Assembly (NCBI GenBank): GCA_963778665.1 | Contig: CAVZVG010000006.1 | Span: 396,358 to 460,357 of the forward strand | Length of the DNA: 64,000 nucleotides | Direction: 5' to 3' | Source: an uncultured Gammaproteobacteria bacterium | Lineage (GTDB): Bacteria; Pseudomonadota; Gammaproteobacteria; JBBQDK01 | Shown here: positions 61,901 to 64,000 of the stretch, one piece after another | How positions within the stretch are numbered: the first letter of the stretch is position 1 | How the letters are laid out: the number at the start of each line of letters is the position of its first letter | The notes under the pieces: generated by a model | Database searches by the model: none | Seen by the model: the letters and a program-made list of their open reading frames with translations, nothing else | Told to the model about the DNA's origin: nothing | Made by a program: the position numbers and the translations under genes

Positions 61901-62755
61901 AACGACGACGATCTGATTCCCGCCGACATCAAGCCCTTCTTCACGGAAATCTGCAACGTGCAGGTGGACCGATTTCGTCACGGCCGGGTGCTACTTGGTT
62001 CGCAATTGATCGCACTCTTCCGCGTGGATCGAGCTTGGACCGAGCGATACCTGTTGCCCCTGTTCAGTTGGGACAATCGGGGCGAAGCGAAAGCTGTGTG
62101 GGAAGGTTTCCTGTGGTCGCCCCGCTTCTACCAGCCCTTGTTGGTTGCGTTCAAACCGCAGTTTCTGGAAAGCGCAAACCACTACGCCGACTTAGGTGAA
62201 CACCGCCAGCAGTTTGCAGCCTTCCTGACATACGTGGCGTTGGGGCCGATCGAGGGCTACACCGTGGATGAGTTCCGAGCCGCAATTGGAGCGCTGCCTC
62301 ATGAAGGGTTGGAGGAATCCGCTCAGGCGCTCTCTCAGGCCCTTGAAGGAGCAGCAGATCAGCGAGAGGACTATTGGAAGAACCGTGTCCAGCCGTTCTG
62401 GCAAGACGTTTGGCCAAAGTCCCGCGACCTCGCAACGCCGCGAATCGCCGAGTCATTGACCCGGCTGATCATTGCTGCCCGAGCTGAATTTCCCGCTGCG
62501 TTGAATGCAGTACAAGACTGGCTGCAACCCATTGAACATCCATATTACATCGTACATCTACTGCACGAATCAGGTTTGTGCGCACGATTTCCGGAGGATG
62601 CTCTGCGTCTGCTAAATGCTGTGATTACCGACCAACAGTGGGCACCCCGGGAGTTGGGGCAATGTTTGGACGAGATCGTGCAAGCCGCGCCACGGCTTGC
62701 ACAAGCTACCCGCCTCCTGCGGCTCCGAGAATATTCCCGTAGGCGCGGGATGTGA
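58927..62755 (+). pseudogene. SIR2-domain giant protein (DSR1-like defence-associated sirtuin, about 1275 codons) interrupted by about ten +/-1 frameshifts between 59439 and 61118
   Basis: AGGAAAGGAAGG RBS plus ATG 58927. The N-terminus is MQFVTNGPDIPDALLQAHEEGRVVFFCGAGISYPAGLPGFKGLV...TNFD...LHGLL...VVTSGDFG...FVGYSINDP, a SIR2_2-type NAD-binding domain. The track ORFs 58678-59460, 59469-60380, 59608-60084, 60266-60469, 60391-60726 and 60659-62755 join into one continuous protein-like sequence when shifted by one base at each junction. Confidence 0.8.
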
Positions 62756-62770
62756 TGACGATGTGAGTGA

Positions 62771-62827
62771 CGCCCCGTAATCAGGGGGGGTCTAACTCCA
62801 ACGTTATGAGTGACCGGTTACGGGGCG
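62771..62827 (+). repeat. 10-bp perfect inverted repeat just after the SIR2-gene stop (cgccccgtaa ... ttacggggcg)
   Basis: The arms are at 62771-62780 and 62818-62827 with a 37-nt spacer. The right arm is the start of the S2 repeat core. Confidence 0.6.
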
Positions 62828-62874
62828 GCGAATGTCCGAGCCGCTCGGTTTGCGACCGTTCTGTTATGGCCGAA
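62803..62874 (+). repeat. S-type imperfect-hairpin repeat, copy S2
   Basis: S2 reads gttatgagtgaccggttacggggcggcgaatgtccgagccgctcggtttgcgaccgttctgttatggccgaag. The central stem is ccgagc/gctcgg with flanking partial pairing (gcgaa/tttgc, acgg/ccgt). Confidence 0.7.
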
Positions 62875-62917
62875 GTGAGACCGTCGAGCCGTGCGCGGAG
62901 GGTTTTGAGGCTGAATG

Positions 62918-63078
62918 TGTTGTTTTGTGCCTGAGATTGAGCCATTTCGATAATTTATTTGCATCGAGGATTGGACCAGTACATAAACAAGCAATACTGG
63001 AAAACAGTAACTTTGAAGCGTTATGTCAGGGTTAAAATTCGATGCAAATCCTGGGTCAGTATTAGCTGCAAAACAACA
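62918..63078 (+). mobile_element. MITE-like repeat, copy F1
   Basis: 161 bp, tgttgttttgtgcctgagattgagccatttcg...gggtcagtattagctgcaaaacaaca. It is in tandem with F2, 6 nt apart. Confidence 0.8.
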
Positions 63079-63084
63079 GATACA

Positions 63085-63244
63085 TGTTGTTTTGCGCCTG
63101 AGATGAGCCATTTCGATTATTTATTTGCATCGAGGACTGGACCAGTACATATACAAGCAATACCGGAAAACAGTAACTTTGAAGCGTTATGTCAGGGTCA
63201 AAATTCATGCAAATCCTGGGTCAGTGTTTGCCGCAAATCAACAA
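63085..63244 (+). mobile_element. MITE-like repeat, copy F2
   Basis: 160 bp, tgttgttttgcgcctgagatgagccatttcg...gggtcagtgtttgccgcaaatcaacaa. It is nearly identical to F1. Confidence 0.8.
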
Positions 63245-63317
63245 CTCACGGCCTATGTTCTACTGCTTGGCACAGTTACTTTCCGGGCGTGAGAGCCCAT
63301 CTCTAAGCTCATTAAAA

Positions 63318-64000
63318 TTATTGGCTACACGATACCGTGTCATTTCCGGACATAACGTTATCTTGAAAGTCCCCCGGTTCAATCGCTGCGCCGTCGAACC
63401 ACACTGGCAGTATCTTTGATAATCCAAATTCATTCGAAAACTGGTTGCGTTTAGCATTTACAGCGGAAACAATATTCCATTCATCGTGGGCACCTTGGCT
63501 AAATGCGGTCGAAGCTCTCAACCCGTAATAACCTATAAAGGAAGAAAGAGTCAGTTTCCCACTATCTACTTCCTTCCTGAAGTGCTCGTCATTCTTGTAG
63601 CGATCCGCGAAAAAACTGGCCAATGTCGCCATAATGCTGTCTTTCTGAATCTTTGATCTAAAATACTTTTCGAAATCATGTGGACCCACGAAGTACACCA
63701 AGTCGGAATCCCGCCCAAAGCCATCCTCACCACCTAAGACCTGCGCCCAGAGAAACATATACTCACCTTGGCTGGCACGTTGCCCAGACACATCGGGCAG
63801 ATCTGCATCTTTTGAGGCAGGGTCCAGGACGTAAAAGTAATCTGGCCCAAATTCTTTTTCTAGCCGCGATTTTGTAAATCCTGCAACATCACGGTTGATT
63901 CCGAAATTACCACCATTGATAGATGATAAAGGAACGCTCATATATGCCACATACTTTCCAGCCTTTCGTTCTTGCGATATACGTGAGCGGAATTTGCTCA
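63318..64000 (-). CDS. Hypothetical protein, C-terminal 210+ codons (frame stays open to the right edge)
   Basis: The track ORF 63318..63950 starts at a GTG. My translation of 63951-64000 in the same frame (SKFRSRISQERKAGKY-) has no stop, so the true start may lie beyond the window. KYVAYMSVPLSS...FYVLDPAS weakly recalls DUF4406 / nucleoside 2-deoxyribosyltransferase-like Rossmann starts. Confidence 0.55.
   Translation of the reverse strand, partial: SKFRSRISQERKAGKYVAYMSVPLSSINGGNFGINRDVAGFTKSRLEKEFGPDYFYVLDPASKDADLPDVSGQRASQGEYMFLWAQVLGGEDGFGRDSDLVYFVGPHDFEKYFRSKIQKDSIMATLASFFADRYKNDEHFRKEVDSGKLTLSSFIGYYGLRASTAFSQGAHDEWNIVSAVNAKRNQFSNEFGLSKILPVWFDGAAIEPGDFQDNVMSGNDTVSCSQ

Noticed and set aside
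62918-63244. Possible CRISPR array, or a conserved peptide gene, in the 160-bp repeats. All copies translate to ...SHFDxLFASRxGPV...ENSNFEALCQG...
   Set aside because: The units are about 160 bp with no short regular repeat-spacer periodicity, so they are not a CRISPR array. The shared peptide simply reflects DNA identity. Copies lack consistent start codons, F1 has a stop where F2 reads on, and R1 differs at many residues.

Overview
The window comes from a visibly GC-rich chromosome with gammaproteobacterial gene order. I cannot name the taxon from sequence alone.

Bases 1 to about 51.8 kb are tightly packed core genes:
- A type II secretion block, gspC-D-E-F.
- The conserved rhlB / trxA-rho locus. 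rhlB carries an apparent 1-nt frameshift.
- glgP, then pdxS-pdxT.
- The Pseudomonas-like syntenic run purD-purH-fis-dusB-DUF3426-prmA-accC-accB-aroQ.
- engB, divergent from cytochrome c4, followed by dsbA.
- A TPP enzyme plus an EEP nuclease/phosphatase.
- A c-di-GMP neighbourhood of three GGDEF or GGDEF-EAL proteins and a PilZ protein.
- rimO and an HlyD + YbhFSR-type ABC exporter operon.
- A frameshifted MFS gene, a ClC channel, a dienelactone hydrolase, a Crp/Fnr regulator and a DUF2892 protein.

Three families of REP-like intergenic palindromes occur in the core. One four-hairpin element with a strong intrinsic terminator has no CDS to explain it.

From about 51.8 kb to the right edge the sequence becomes AT-richer, coding density falls, and the region looks like an accessory island. 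It holds short gene modules, nearly all on the + strand, separated by repeats:
- A roughly 160-bp MITE-like element (4 copies).
- An imperfect-hairpin repeat that accompanies it.
- A roughly 165-bp inverted-repeat pair bracketing a lipoprotein gene.

Island cargo:
- A transposase-HTH remnant.
- An Xre/DUF2384 antitoxin whose RES-type toxin partner is cut to 20 codons.
- A two-gene module: an R-x4-H helical protein plus a trypco2-like small protein.
- A roughly 1275-codon SIR2-domain (DSR1-like) defence gene broken by about ten single-base frameshifts clustered in 1.7 kb.

No rRNA, tRNA, CRISPR array or integrase was found in the window. All calls rest on reading the ORF track and on manual translation and alignment. 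No database search was run.
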